Virus record (IMG/VR): IMGVR_UViG_3300020045_004509
Coordinates: 1-64,000 of that record
Source of the DNA: a virus
DNA length: 64,000 bases
Reading direction: 5' to 3' (one strand)
In this document: positions 23,601-35,814 of the stretch, piece after piece
Layout: each line of letters opens with the position of its first letter
Position numbering within the stretch: position 1 is the first letter of the stretch
The notes under the pieces: generated by a model
Databases searched by the model: none
The model's input: only the letters and a program-made list of their open reading frames with translations
What the model was told of the DNA's origin: nothing
Program-made: the position numbers and the translations under genes

Positions 23601-24190
23601 ACTATTGATCCAACAACTAACATTGAATGCACTGATCCACAATTAGTATATGAATGGGTTAAAACTGGGCATTGGAATAGGTCAATGTTTATGAAATGGC
23701 TTCTCGTAGTAAAAACAAATGAATTCTGTAATGGGGCAGAATTTAAACGGCTGTCTGAAAAATTTAACAAGGAATCAAAACATGGCGCATATGGCATCAG
23801 TAATCCGGAAATCTATAAAGGATAAAAATGAGCGACTCTGAATACATCTTTACTGAAGTAAACAAACTTCTTGAGAAAAATAAACAAGCTATTGCAATGG
23901 ATTACGCCATGCATTTGGAAAATTTGCAGAAATATATTAATGCCGCCCTTCAACCATCTTTAGATCAGGCGGCAAAATTTGATGCTAAGAATCAAGAACG
24001 TTGGTTGGAATCAGAAGCAGCTAATAAAATCCGTTTTGAATCAGAAAAACTTCGCATGGCAGAAGCTCATAAACAAAGTATAATTAATATTCGTACTCAG
24101 AATGCTTGCATGTTAATTTCTGATGGTTATACCCTTGATGTTGCTGTTAGTACAGTAATGGTAATTGAAAATATGTTTAAGGACAAATAA
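20660..24190 (+). other. Run of ~13 small hypothetical ORFs
   Basis: ORFs at 20660, 20895, 21248, 21426, 21635, 22052, 22252, 22500, ~22720, 22907, 23307, 23598, 23828. Confidence 0.7.
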
Positions 24191-24780
24191 TGAACTACTT
24201 TACATGGACTCCCCTTGAACTTTGCGCTAACTTCTTTACTGTTCTCTGTATTGTGCTTGCTGGTCGAAATAACATTCATACTTGGTGGACTGGCATTGTT
24301 GGTTCTATTCTGTTTGGGATTATGTTTTACAACGTGCAACTGTATGCTGATGCAACCCTGCAAGTATTCTTCTTGGTTACGGGTGTATTTGGTTGGATTG
24401 GGTGGAATGCGAATAAGGTTTTATATAAAGTAGATAAACCAACCCCAATCATAAATGCAAATGGTAAAACATTTTTTATAATGTTGTGTATTGCAATCGT
24501 CACCGCCATTTGTTATGGTTGGTTGCTGCACTCTTATACTAATGCTTATGCACCATGGATTGATTCTATGGTATTGACATTATCTGTGGTTGCTCAGTTG
24601 CTACTCATGTCTCGTTCTATTCAAACATGGCAAGTATGGGTCTTGGTCAATACTTTGTCGGTTCCTTTGTTCTGGAGTCGAGAACTATATTTGACAAGTA
24701 TTCTTTATGGATTCTTTTGGTTCAATGCAGTTTATTCATATTTCAACTGGAAGAAACTAATGAAAGGTGAAAATGTCTAA
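24190..24780 (+). CDS. pnuC: Nicotinamide riboside transporter PnuC
   Basis: Multi-TM; LYADATLQVFF, GWIGW, APWIDS, SVVAQLL, WQVWVLVN. Confidence 0.9.
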   Translation: MNYFTWTPLELCANFFTVLCIVLAGRNNIHTWWTGIVGSILFGIMFYNVQLYADATLQVFFLVTGVFGWIGWNANKVLYKVDKPTPIINANGKTFFIMLCIAIVTAICYGWLLHSYTNAYAPWIDSMVLTLSVVAQLLLMSRSIQTWQVWVLVNTLSVPLFWSRELYLTSILYGFFWFNAVYSYFNWKKLMKGENV

Positions 24781-27700
24781 GATCAAGACTTGGATATTGA
24801 AGTTCCTGATTCGGAAACAGATCAAGATCAATGTTACTGAATTGTATACATTCATTCGTACTGAATCTCAAAAAGAATTCTATGAAGATAATTCAAGCAC
24901 AGTAAATGACTTTCTTAGAGAAAGATTTGAACAATCTCTAAGGAATCATCAAGATAGTGTATAATAGCTTATCTTAAACAACAAAGTGATTTATCATGAA
25001 ACAAAAGTTGATAACCCCAGAAATTTTACCATGTGCAATCTGTGGTTCTGCTGCCAAGGTTATTGATTGGAATTACAATATGCAGTATCGCGTGATATGT
25101 AACAATAATCATACAGTAACAGGATCATTTATCACAAGACATAGGGCAATTTGTAAATGGAACAATATTCACAAAACAATGTTAGACATCATCAAAAGTG
25201 ATGTATAATAGCTTATCTTAAATAAAGGATTTCCATGTTAGAATATATTTCATTTTCTGGAGTGATTGCTTGGTTATTATTTTCATCTTTTGTCGCTGCA
25301 TTGATCATGATAGGTATGGCAGGTGCTGATGTCGATAGTTTATTACGCAACACCATAGTATCAGGTGTCGTCTTTGTGGTCGTTGGAATACTGTTTATCG
25401 ATAACGGAATCAAGTCCAAACAACAAAAACACGATGATATCAAAGCTAAAACTGAATGGGTTGCAAAAGGATGTCCAGTTTACAAATCTCAATGTGGTTC
25501 AAGTAAACATCCTTATGAATGCGAACGTAAAGCAGCAGTTGTTGGTCGTAATCAGGTTGGGGATATTTTTGTTAATGGTTATCCTATCTGCCAAAAATAA
25601 ATGTTATAATACCTTATCTTAAACTTTAAAGGAAATTAAAATGGAACTCGCTCTTCTCGTATATTGTATCTCAGTGTTGTCTTCAACCAAAGCAGTGTTA
25701 TCATTGATCATACTTATGTTAGCAGTATTTATTTCTATACGGAGCATACATACATCAATTGAACACGACCATAGTAAATTTGATTCTCTTCCGGAAAGAG
25801 AAACTAAGACCTCTGCTAGAAAAGCAGCAGTTGGTAATATCAAATTAGGAGCATGGGCAATAATTGGTATTGCAATTCTGATGAGTCTGATTCCATCAGA
25901 AAAGACTGCTTATGTTATGGTTGCGGCTTATGCAACTCAGAAAGTTGCTCAAGACCCAAGGACTGAAGTTATTTCAGGAAAGGTTCTGAAAGTTATCGAA
26001 CAGAAACTTGATTCTTATATTGAAGACAATGGAAGCAAATCAAAATAGTATATAATAACTTATCTTAAACAACAAAGGAATCAAAATGTCATTCTCCAAA
26101 CTGAAAATAATTTACGAAGTAGCCATCGACATTGCAAAATCGGATATGAAAGATTATATCAAATATCAGATGATTTTCTCTGAGAAAATCTCACGTCAAG
26201 TATTTGATTTGTGTATGACAATGGGTAACAAATTTGAGTATTGTGATTCAGACGCTTCTTATATAGAAGATATTAATGAGTTTATCTATGCTTTGAAAGA
26301 TTATATCGATGAAAACGGTAGTCCAGAAAATGAAGAACTTTTTATCCGTTATTTTAACCTGTGAACTAAAAATGAATAAGTCTCTTAAAGTTATCGAAAA
26401 TCTTATTGAGTTGGTCTATTCTGAAATCAAGACTGCAACAACATATTTGGTAAAGGTTTAGTTTGTGTTATAATAGCTTATCTTAACAAACAAAGGAATT
26501 AAAATGTACAATCATCTGTTTTCTCAACATAAACGAATTATCGGAATCAAAAATCAAGTTGAATCAAAACTGATTTCATTAGCTAGACAGCAGCAAGACA
26601 TATACAACGAAGAATGTCAAGACGCAAATAATCGTTGGAATACTGCTGATTATTTTGAAGTTTGTGAACATATCAATACTATTGAATGTTGGTACTATGC
26701 GGAAGATAATTTCTTTACTACCACTAACCTTGATCAGTGTATTCTTGATGGTAATCCGGAAACATACCGCTTGAAATGTAACCTTGAAGCAGCTACCCTT
26801 GAGTTTCGTCAACATCAAGCCAAAATTGTAGCTAACGATAAGTTAATCACAGAACTCGAAGCACAATTAGTCAAACTTAAAGGATCAAAATGAAACGATG
26901 TAAACTTATTTCATGCTGGACAGATTACCCGTTTGAAGAACTTAGGGATATTGCTGGAAAGAAAGCCCCAATGCGTCAAGTAACTGTTCTATCATATGAT
27001 GGCGACAAATATTGCAAAGTATTTTGTAATGCATTAGTGTTAGAAGTTAAGGCTGGATACTTGTACTCATCCCCAACTAAAATGGAATACAAGTATAAAC
27101 AGTGGTGGCCTAACCCTGTAAATATGCGTAAAATTGAACGAATGATCAACACGGTATGTGAATATGAATGACCCTATAGCAGATCAAGATATCGTTATTC
27201 GACTTAGAACAAGAGCATCTATTCGACGCAATATTTCAACTCGTAAGTCTGTTCAAGAAGGAAAGCCAGATAGAATTTCTGATCTTCTAGAAGACGCTGC
27301 TGATGAAATTGAGAAACTTAGAAACCCTAAACCATTTGGAAATGAACATCACTAAACTTGAAACGTGGTTGCTAAAGAAGATTTTCAATCGAATCGTAAC
27401 CCAAGGACCGCATCATGAAGAAAATATCAAACAAGTTTATGGTATGATGCGAGAAGCATGGGAAAAGGAATTTTACGAAACCAATGCGCCAACTATGGAT
27501 GCATTTCTATTTGAATGTTTTGATTCAACCCAAAGGAACTTATAATGTTATACGAACGAAAAGAATTACTTGAAAAAGAAATCTATAATCTTAAATTTAC
27601 ATTGGGCCAACTGTATTTGAAGATTGTCCTTGGCAACACTTCTTTTCAGGAAGGCTATGAATATGATGAAAAGAAAGCAAGATTGTCTGATCTAATGCTT

Positions 27701-28654
27701 GATCTTTCCATTCTTAACGCGGTGATTGAAAATGAACAAAGAAATTAGATTCGGAACCCAAGAACAGCGTTTACATCTGTTAGAATCAATGCTTAGGGAA
27801 AAGTATCCAGAAATGAAACTTAATTGTTCTGAATGCTCTTTAATCAATCTTTCCCAACCATGTGAAGCTTGTCCTAACTATTCTGCCCAAAGGAACTTAA
27901 AATGACAACTGAAGAACAATTATCCCTATGTGCTAAAGCAGCCAACATCAAATTTAAAGGATGGGATACATTCTATGAAGATTGGTCAGCATATGATCCA
28001 GAAACTGATGTAAACTATCAATGGAATCCATTAGAATCAGATGGGGATGCTTTGCAATTGGCTATGTATCTATGCCAAAAGGGATTAATGCGGATTCAAA
28101 TCAAAGATGATTATATAGATGCGTTTGAATTTTACGATGAAATTTGGGTTCCTCATACTTGGGAAATTGACGGTGATGATAAAACCAAAGCATTCAGAAT
28201 GGCAGTTGTTCATTGTGCGTCAGAAATTGGAAAGCGAATGAAATGAACAATGAATATACAGAAAACAATAGATTAGAATTCGAATATAAAGCTGGTTGGA
28301 ATGATGCATTAGAATCCGCAGCTAAACTTATTGAAGCAGACTTGTATCCAGAAACAAACCAGTACCATGTTCAATATAATGCCGGAATCAAAAATAAAGC
28401 CAACGAAATAAGGAAATTGAAAAATGGTTGATCTTACCAAACAAGAACCTAAGTTTTGTACGAAGTGTGAATACTTTGACCCCGCGTATTTTGGAGATTG
28501 TTACCATCCAAAATCCGTATCTGAGCAAAATATGGTCACTGGTCGCAAAACATACTGTCTATGCAGTTATATGCGAAATGGTGAATGTGGGGAATCTGCT
28601 GTCTTGTTTGAACCAAAGAAATCACTGTGGGAAATTCTTAAAAGTATGCTATAA
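24773..28654 (+). other. Run of small hypothetical ORFs including membrane proteins at 25235-25600 and 25641-26048
   Basis: ORF track; five promoter/RBS units. Confidence 0.7.
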
Positions 28655-28683
28655 TAGCTTTTCTTAACAACAAAGGAATCAAA

Positions 28684-28854
28684 ATGGAATTTATTATTTG
28701 CTTGGTAATAGCATTCAGTTGCACTCTTTTTGGGTACAAAACTGCAACTGAAGATATTCATGATCGATGTGTTGCTAAGTATGCGGAAATGCCTCATAAC
28801 AAGGTAGATGAGCATTGCAAAACACTTTTGAAGTTTGAAAAGGAATCAAAATGA
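28684..28854 (+). CDS. Small single-TM protein with Cys pair (56 aa)
   Basis: Hand-translated MEFIICLVIAF...RCVAKYAEMPHNKVDEHCKTLLKFEKESK; follows promoter/RBS unit. Confidence 0.75.
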   Translation: MEFIICLVIAFSCTLFGYKTATEDIHDRCVAKYAEMPHNKVDEHCKTLLKFEKESK

Positions 28855-29030
28855 AGTTTCTTCAATTCTTATCAACTTTTATGCTTGGTATTTTTGGTCT
28901 ATCATTAGGGGGCTTCACCCAATCAAACATCTATCATTCCCGGTGTGAAAAGATGTATTCCGATATGCCAGCTAACAAAGTAGTCGAACATTGCGATAAG
29001 ATTCTGAAATTTGAAAAGGAATCAAAATGA
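28851..29030 (+). CDS. Tandem paralog of 28684 (59 aa)
   Basis: MKFLQFLST...RCEKMYSDMPANKVVEHCDKILKFEKESK. Confidence 0.75.
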   Translation: MKFLQFLSTFMLGIFGLSLGGFTQSNIYHSRCEKMYSDMPANKVVEHCDKILKFEKESK

Positions 29031-29203
29031 ACCATACTGATCGTGATGTAATCATATCTTTAATTTTAGGTATGATGATCGGGTTCTTTGTATTTGCGTG
29101 TATTGCTGCTAATATACAAACAGAAGCAGAAAAAGAAATTGCCAAATGTGAACAGAACCTCCCCAGAAATGTTCAATGTAAACTTACTGCTGTTCCAAAA
29201 TGA
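29027..29203 (+). CDS. Small single-TM protein with Cys pair (58 aa)
   Basis: MNHTDRDVIISLILGMMIGFF...IAKCEQNLPRNVQCKLTAVPK. Confidence 0.7.
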   Translation: MNHTDRDVIISLILGMMIGFFVFACIAANIQTEAEKEIAKCEQNLPRNVQCKLTAVPK

Positions 29204-30523
29204 ACAAAATTCAACTTTCCCGTTGGAATGCTGCTAAGAAGTTATTCCAATCCTTGATTGCCAAAGCTGAATTAGCATCTGCTGAAATTTGGTTTGATGA
29301 TACTCATATTCAATCAAATCAGATCATTATTACTGATGATGAAATTATGGTCAAGATTGATAACTCTTACTTTCTTCAATTTTCGGCTAATCCAGAATAC
29401 GACGAAGGATTGTTTACCCGTAAAGTAGACTATGCTAAAATAGTCAAGTCAAATTTTAAACTTGTTAAGAATGTGAAGTGGTAATATGGATTTTTTCGAT
29501 GTGATGGGGTTGATGTTTGTTTGTATTGTTGCAACAATTCTTTTCGTGTTTATTGGTGCGTTTGAATCTGAGAGATCAACACCAAACATTGTTGAATCCT
29601 GTGAAAAGACAGGAATATTCTTTGTTGGGAACAAAGTTTTTGATTGTAAACTGAGGACTTCAAAATGAAAACTGCATATATAGCATTGATTCGTGACATC
29701 AAAAAAGGCATCACACATTTAGAAGCGTTTCCACATTTATTTGATTCTGAAGAATCTATTTTATACTATGCTGAACAAAGATTCAATATCCTTGTTACTG
29801 TTGTGGTTAGTATTTCAACAATTCAAGTTGAGGATGAAGTTGAATTACTAAATTGGTCTCCGGCAAAAGAACGTAAATTTTATAAAGAATCAAAATGAAT
29901 ATTCGACCAACAGATGAATCAATGGTTCAAGCTGTCTATGAATGGTGGTGTGGTTCTGGTGATCCATTACAAGAACAGTTCAAGAACTGTAAAGAATCCC
30001 AACTATGGGAATATCATCATTCACTTGGACGATCAATCAGAAACCATTTTGAACTTTGGAAGTATGAACGCATTCCAGAACTCGAAAATGACGTTGATGT
30101 TTCTGATGAACATCCTGATGCCATTTCAATGAGGGTTATCAAATTAGTATGGGATAAAGTACAGAAACCTAAAATGAAATATACATTAGCATTCGTTAAT
30201 GAAATCAAAAAGACCGAAAATAGTTGTGGTTATTGGGAAATTGGTGATAGTGATATAAAGAATATATTTGCCAAACATGGAATGGCTGATTTGTATGAAT
30301 CAAAAATTCTAACAATGAAAGATAACCACCCTTGTCCAGATCAAATCTTTGCAGCATTGGAACAATCATGAAAAATACATTTTTGATGTGTATAGTTGGA
30401 CTTACAGTAATAGTTGATGCAATTAAAAATTATGTTCTAAATGCTCCAATTAATGACATGGGAATTTTATTGGGATCAATTGTTGTTTTATATTTCGTAG
30501 GCTTATTAAAGGAAAAATCATGA
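29200..30523 (+). other. Hypothetical ORFs 29200, 29486, 29665, 29895, ~30368
   Basis: Coupled ORFs. Confidence 0.65.
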
Positions 30524-31593
30524 AATACGTTACCGGATTAGTTGTTGGTAAATTCTGTCCTATGCATAAAGGGCATGAGCTTGTTATTGCTACTGCATTG
30601 CAACAATGCGAAAAAGTTATTGTTCTTTCCTATACTTCATATGAAGATGTAGTTCATAAACATTTTTCATCTGAAACACGATTGAAATGGCTTCAAAGTC
30701 TTCCTGATCAATATAGATTAGATATTCATGTTCTTGATCCCGTGGAAGATATGTATCCTGATGATTCTGATTCGGATGAAGCCCATAGATTTTTCTGTAG
30801 TAGTTATCTTCTGAATGAACTTGAAACAACAGTTCAAGCCGTATTCGGTTCTGATGATTATCTGACTGGATTTGCTGAGTATCTTTCAAAGTATTTCAAT
30901 TCCAAACTGAAACTTACATATGATGTATGCCCAGTGTATGTTGATTCAACACGAAGCACGTTTCCAATGTCTGGTACTTATCTTCGAAATCTTGATTTGA
31001 AGAATCCAGAACAAGCTAAAATCTTCCAAGAATCAGTTAGTCCAACTGTATCAGCAACTTTTCTTAAACGAATTTGTCTTCTTGGGGCAGAATCAACTGG
31101 TAAGACCACTTTAGCCAAGATGTTAGAAAAACATTTTGATACCCAAGCAGTTTATGAATATGGTCGTATACTTTATAAGCAAAGAAATGGTGAATTGGTA
31201 TATGAAGACATGCTTAGAATCGCCCAGAATCAATTAGAAGACGAATCAAGGGCATCACATACCATCGCGTGTTATGATTCAATGGCGACCCCTTTAATCG
31301 CTGATACAAGCCCTTTAACCACTGTGTTTTACTCACAAGAATTGTTTGGTCGAGTATCTGATAAATTACAAAGGTTAGCAAGTAATTTAGATGATTATGA
31401 TAGAATTTATCTGAGTGCTCCCGACTTTCCAATGGTTCAAGACGGAACCCGTCAAGATGAAACATTCCGTCAAAAAGGACATGAATTCTATCTGAAGGAA
31501 CTTGGGTACAATTATCCAGAATATGTTTTACTTGAAGGGACACTTGAAGAAAAGTTTGAAACCATTTTGAAAGACTTGGAAAGTCTGTTATAA
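30520..31593 (+). CDS. nadR: NadR-type bifunctional NMN adenylyltransferase / ribosylnicotinamide kinase (no HTH)
   Basis: GKFCPMHKGH (HxGH), GAESTGKTT, EYGR, DTSPLTT, VQDGTR. Confidence 0.9.
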   Translation: MKYVTGLVVGKFCPMHKGHELVIATALQQCEKVIVLSYTSYEDVVHKHFSSETRLKWLQSLPDQYRLDIHVLDPVEDMYPDDSDSDEAHRFFCSSYLLNELETTVQAVFGSDDYLTGFAEYLSKYFNSKLKLTYDVCPVYVDSTRSTFPMSGTYLRNLDLKNPEQAKIFQESVSPTVSATFLKRICLLGAESTGKTTLAKMLEKHFDTQAVYEYGRILYKQRNGELVYEDMLRIAQNQLEDESRASHTIACYDSMATPLIADTSPLTTVFYSQELFGRVSDKLQRLASNLDDYDRIYLSAPDFPMVQDGTRQDETFRQKGHEFYLKELGYNYPEYVLLEGTLEEKFETILKDLESLL

Positions 31594-31621
31594 TAAATTA
31601 TCTTAAACAAAGGAACGCATC

Positions 31622-33424
31622 ATGAACAATGGTGAAATGCAATCGGAAGTTATATTTGGTTCATATGGGTCTATGGCTATTCGGGATATAGTTCAACGTC
31701 AATTTTGGTCTTGTTATGAATCATCTGATTATCATTATATGGCGGTAACTGATGACTTTGGTAATTTGGTTCCAATTGGAACAATAACAAATCTTCGTGG
31801 TTATTGATAGAATCATCTCAAACAAAGGAAATGCTATGAAATTGAAAGTGCGAAAAGAAACAGTGATTGATGTTTCCGATTGGGATAACCTTGTTATCGA
31901 AACATATGGAAAGACATATAGTTTTCAACAACAAGATGGATGTAAAGATCGTCAACGTGAATCAATATGTGTCCCTGAAGTACATGCATGGGATTATAAA
32001 AATGATACTGTACCAGAAGTAGTTAATCATGCTGAAATGGGAGTTAGTTTTGCTGCTTGGGTAGCCCGTGATCCAACACAAAATATTGATAACAATGATG
32101 AATGGAGAACTAACTTATGGTGGGAACGAAACTTTTATCCACACGTAAGCATGATTGCAAATGATTTACATTCTAAAGGATTGATTGATGCTGGGGAATA
32201 TGTAATTGATATTGACTGGTAAAAATCTGTGTTATAATAGTGTATCTTAAACTTCAAAGGAAATCATCATGGCAAAAGAAACCAAAACTGAACGAAAAGT
32301 TCGGGAAAATTACGAATGCGAAGTTCGCATCAATGATGAGCGCAGGGAGTATCTTCCAAAGTTTATGGCTTTGCTTGAACGCGCAACCAAACTTAATTTT
32401 GCAGTTGAAGTAAAAGATGGTAAATTTGTAGTTACTGATCGAGATGACTATTATGATTCTGCCCATTATTTGACCGCTGACTATTCTGAAGAAAGTCAAA
32501 ATAAATTAGATAATCTTGCATACTACGTTGATGATAAACAAAAGAAGCAGGATGAAGAAAATCGAAAATTTCAATTAAAACAAAATGCACTGAATAAATT
32601 GTCAAAAGAAGAACGAGAACTGCTTGGTCTTGTATAAATCTGTGGTATAATTACTTATCTTAAACAACAAAGGAATCCAAAATGAAAACTGAATATTTTT
32701 CTGCTGACAAAGCACGTCAAGTAACAAAAGATGCTCAGTCTATTCTGAGTAAAGTGATCGATCCTCAAACTTTATCAATTCTTGATCAAATCACCAAAGC
32801 AGCAGAATCCGGCAAATCTCAAATTGAAGGCTCATCATATATTTCTGGGATTGTCAAGACACAACTTGACCTTCTTGGATATGAAGTGAAAATCGTATAT
32901 GATCAACGAGATGGTAACTATTATACAATTTCTTGGTAAAGTATGCGATACCTATCATTTGAAGATACTTTGAAAATGTTTCCAACCCCGCCGGGTTCAA
33001 AAATGAACGATAAAGATTTAGAAATCAAGAAACTTCAGGAAGAACTTGATGTTCAAACAAAAGCTGTTAATTTCTGGATGACAGAAGCAATTAGACTACA
33101 GAAAGAGTCGATAAAATGTAGTTTATCATGGGGTGGGTTTATTCTTGAAGGTGACGAAAAATCTATAGCAGAAGCTAGTAGAATGCTGCATGAATCTAAT
33201 TCGGTTCCTGAATTGAAACAACGTATTAAAGAACTATCAAAATGAAAATCACATATCAAACTTCTGCTGTATTAGACCGTGAACAAATGTTTCTGGTATT
33301 CAAAGAATTTATCGAAAAGAAAACGGGAAAGCGTCTTGCCAACATTGGTTATGAAGATACTGATGATGGTATGACTTGTCAGTTAAATTTCTGTTATGAA
33401 ACAGAGGAATTGCCCCATGATTGA
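31622..33424 (+). other. Small hypothetical ORFs 31622, 31836, 32269, 32682, 32943/33003, 33242
   Basis: Promoter/RBS units and overlaps. Confidence 0.7.
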
Positions 33425-33878
33425 CTTATTTGATGATCCAACTGCTTGTCGTATGCAAGCTCCAATCTTAGGTTTCTTCAATGAATACCGTTTCTTATCA
33501 AATTTTCATCTGTGTCCATGTGAATTCAATAATATTATCTTTCCTTCTTCTGAACATGTTTATATGTATCAGAAGTCGTTTGATCCTGAATACCGAACAG
33601 AAATCATCTTTGCTCCAACTCCAAAAGATGCAAGAAATATTGGACAAACAGCTATTCTAAGACGCGATTGGAATACTTATCGCAAAACTGCCATGCTGAA
33701 TGCATTACGTTCAAAATTTGCAAATGAACCAGAACTTTCTATGTTATTAGCAACATCTGATGCATATCTTGAAGAAACCAATACTTGGGGTGATATATTT
33801 TGGGGGATTTGTCAAGGAAAAGGGGAGAACAATTTGGGTAAACTTTTGATGAAGATTCGGGATAGTCATCATGAATGA
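33417..33878 (+). CDS. NADAR (YbiA-like) family protein
   Basis: FLSNFH, FPSSEHVYMYQK, KF, EETNTWGDIFWG, GENNLGKLLMKIR. Confidence 0.9.
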   Translation: MIDLFDDPTACRMQAPILGFFNEYRFLSNFHLCPCEFNNIIFPSSEHVYMYQKSFDPEYRTEIIFAPTPKDARNIGQTAILRRDWNTYRKTAMLNALRSKFANEPELSMLLATSDAYLEETNTWGDIFWGICQGKGENNLGKLLMKIRDSHHE

Positions 33879-35784
33879 AATCGTATATTGTTCAGATTGT
33901 AAATTCTGTAAGAAAGACAAACTTGGGATCAGTTTTTGTCATCATCCGAAATCTAAAATGATTAATTTTATTGATGAACATGCAACTAAAACATGTGAAA
34001 CAGTAAGAAGTAAAGATTTTTATTGCGGATTGTTCAAGAAAAAGTTCTGGTTAGTGTTATAATTACTTATCTTAAACAAAGGAACTTCATATGCATATTC
34101 TAATCAATTATTGCGGAACTAATAGTCTTACTGGCGCGGTGTCTTTCCAGATTTACAATGTTGGTATAGTGCCTGATAAAATTGTTTTTGATATCGATGT
34201 AGTGATGGTTGCAACTGATGTGAATAAAGAATTGGAAAAAGCTAACAAGGTATTTTCATCACGAAACATCAGCATGTCAATTGGACATGTCGAAAAAGAT
34301 TTGTATAAAGAAGAGCTTATTAGCAATCATAGCGCGCAGTGTTATTCTTGATGTTATAATTACTTATCTTAAACTTCAAAGGAACTAACATGTGTACAGT
34401 TGGGCAACTTATCGTAAAACTTCAGCAACTTCCTCAAGATGCAATCGTTGAAGTTCTTGAAGAATATACTGGATTATACTATACAAGTACAGAATTCAAA
34501 CCTATTGATCTTGAATATGGAATTTCTGTTTTGGATTATACTGATGACGATTCCATAAATTTTCATGGTAAAATCTTTGTTCACTTGGAAGCATGAATAT
34601 GATTGACTATAAAAATCCATTCTTTACTCCAGAAGAAAATCTTGAAATGGCAGTCGGAGAAATTAAATTCAAAGACTTAGTAATAACAAATCTTCGGAAT
34701 CAGATCAAACAACTTAGGTCTATCGTTGATCCAAGTTTGACTGATGAAGAAGTTCATCAAATTCAACAGAAGTATCAAAAATGACCAAAGCAATCGCAAC
34801 CAAACGCGCTAAAATTAAAGCGAAGATTCAAGTATTGAACGATGATCTTCGCAAACTTCAATCTGAATGTCTTCATGAAAATGCTACCCATGTTCACAAA
34901 GGTTCTACTGGAAACTATGATCCATCATGTGATTCATATTGGGTTGAACATGGATGTCCTGATTGTGACAAATTTTGGACAACCGAAAAATAAACTTAAA
35001 GGAAACTAAATGAACTTTCTCGCTCTTCTTACCCTTATTTTTATCACTCTGAAACTAATGGGCTTCATTGCTTGGTCATGGTTCTGGGTACTGTCTCCTT
35101 TGATTCCAGCATTCATTCTGATCGTCATGGGATTTTCATATATCATTGCCCTGATTTCTAGTAGTTTTGCTGATTTCTTTAAAGGTCGGAAATGAAGACT
35201 ATTGCACAACTTGCTGAAGAAGCTGGTTTCATGCAAACTTGGTTTTCTGAATCTGGTGATAATATGGAAAATGAAATCCGAAAGTTTGCTAAATTGCTTA
35301 TTGAAGAATTAGCCAACAGGGTGCAACATGCTATTGATATTACTGGAATGGCAAGTGATGAGTATGAATATGGTTGGGATGATGGTATGCGAGTTGCTAT
35401 CAACACAATTCAAAGGAGTTTATAATGCATGAAGCTGGAAAAGGTGATGCTCCACGTCATGGGGCAGACATGGTTGCATATTCAAATAACTATGATGCAA
35501 TCTTTAGGAAACCAACTATTACCCATGTTGCAATTAAGACTGATGATAAGATTTGGTCTTTACCAAAACCAAATCGGCATCATAATGTTCTTCGGATGAT
35601 CAATAATCTGTTTGTTGACCGAAATTATGAAACTGAAGTTCAAGGGTTTCTTGATTCAAATGGTAGGTTTTTGAATCGTAAAGATGCATTTATCTTGGCT
35701 GAATCTAATGGGCAATTAGATCGAAGCAATCATGGGGATAATTGCTATAATGGAAATGAATTATTTTCGGAGGATTTGTGGTAG
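33871..35784 (+). other. Small hypothetical ORFs 33871, 34091, 34390, 34593, 34781, 35010, 35192, 35425
   Basis: ORF track. Confidence 0.7.
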
Positions 35785-35814
35785 AAGCTAATAGAAAAGT
35801 TGATTGCATTGATG

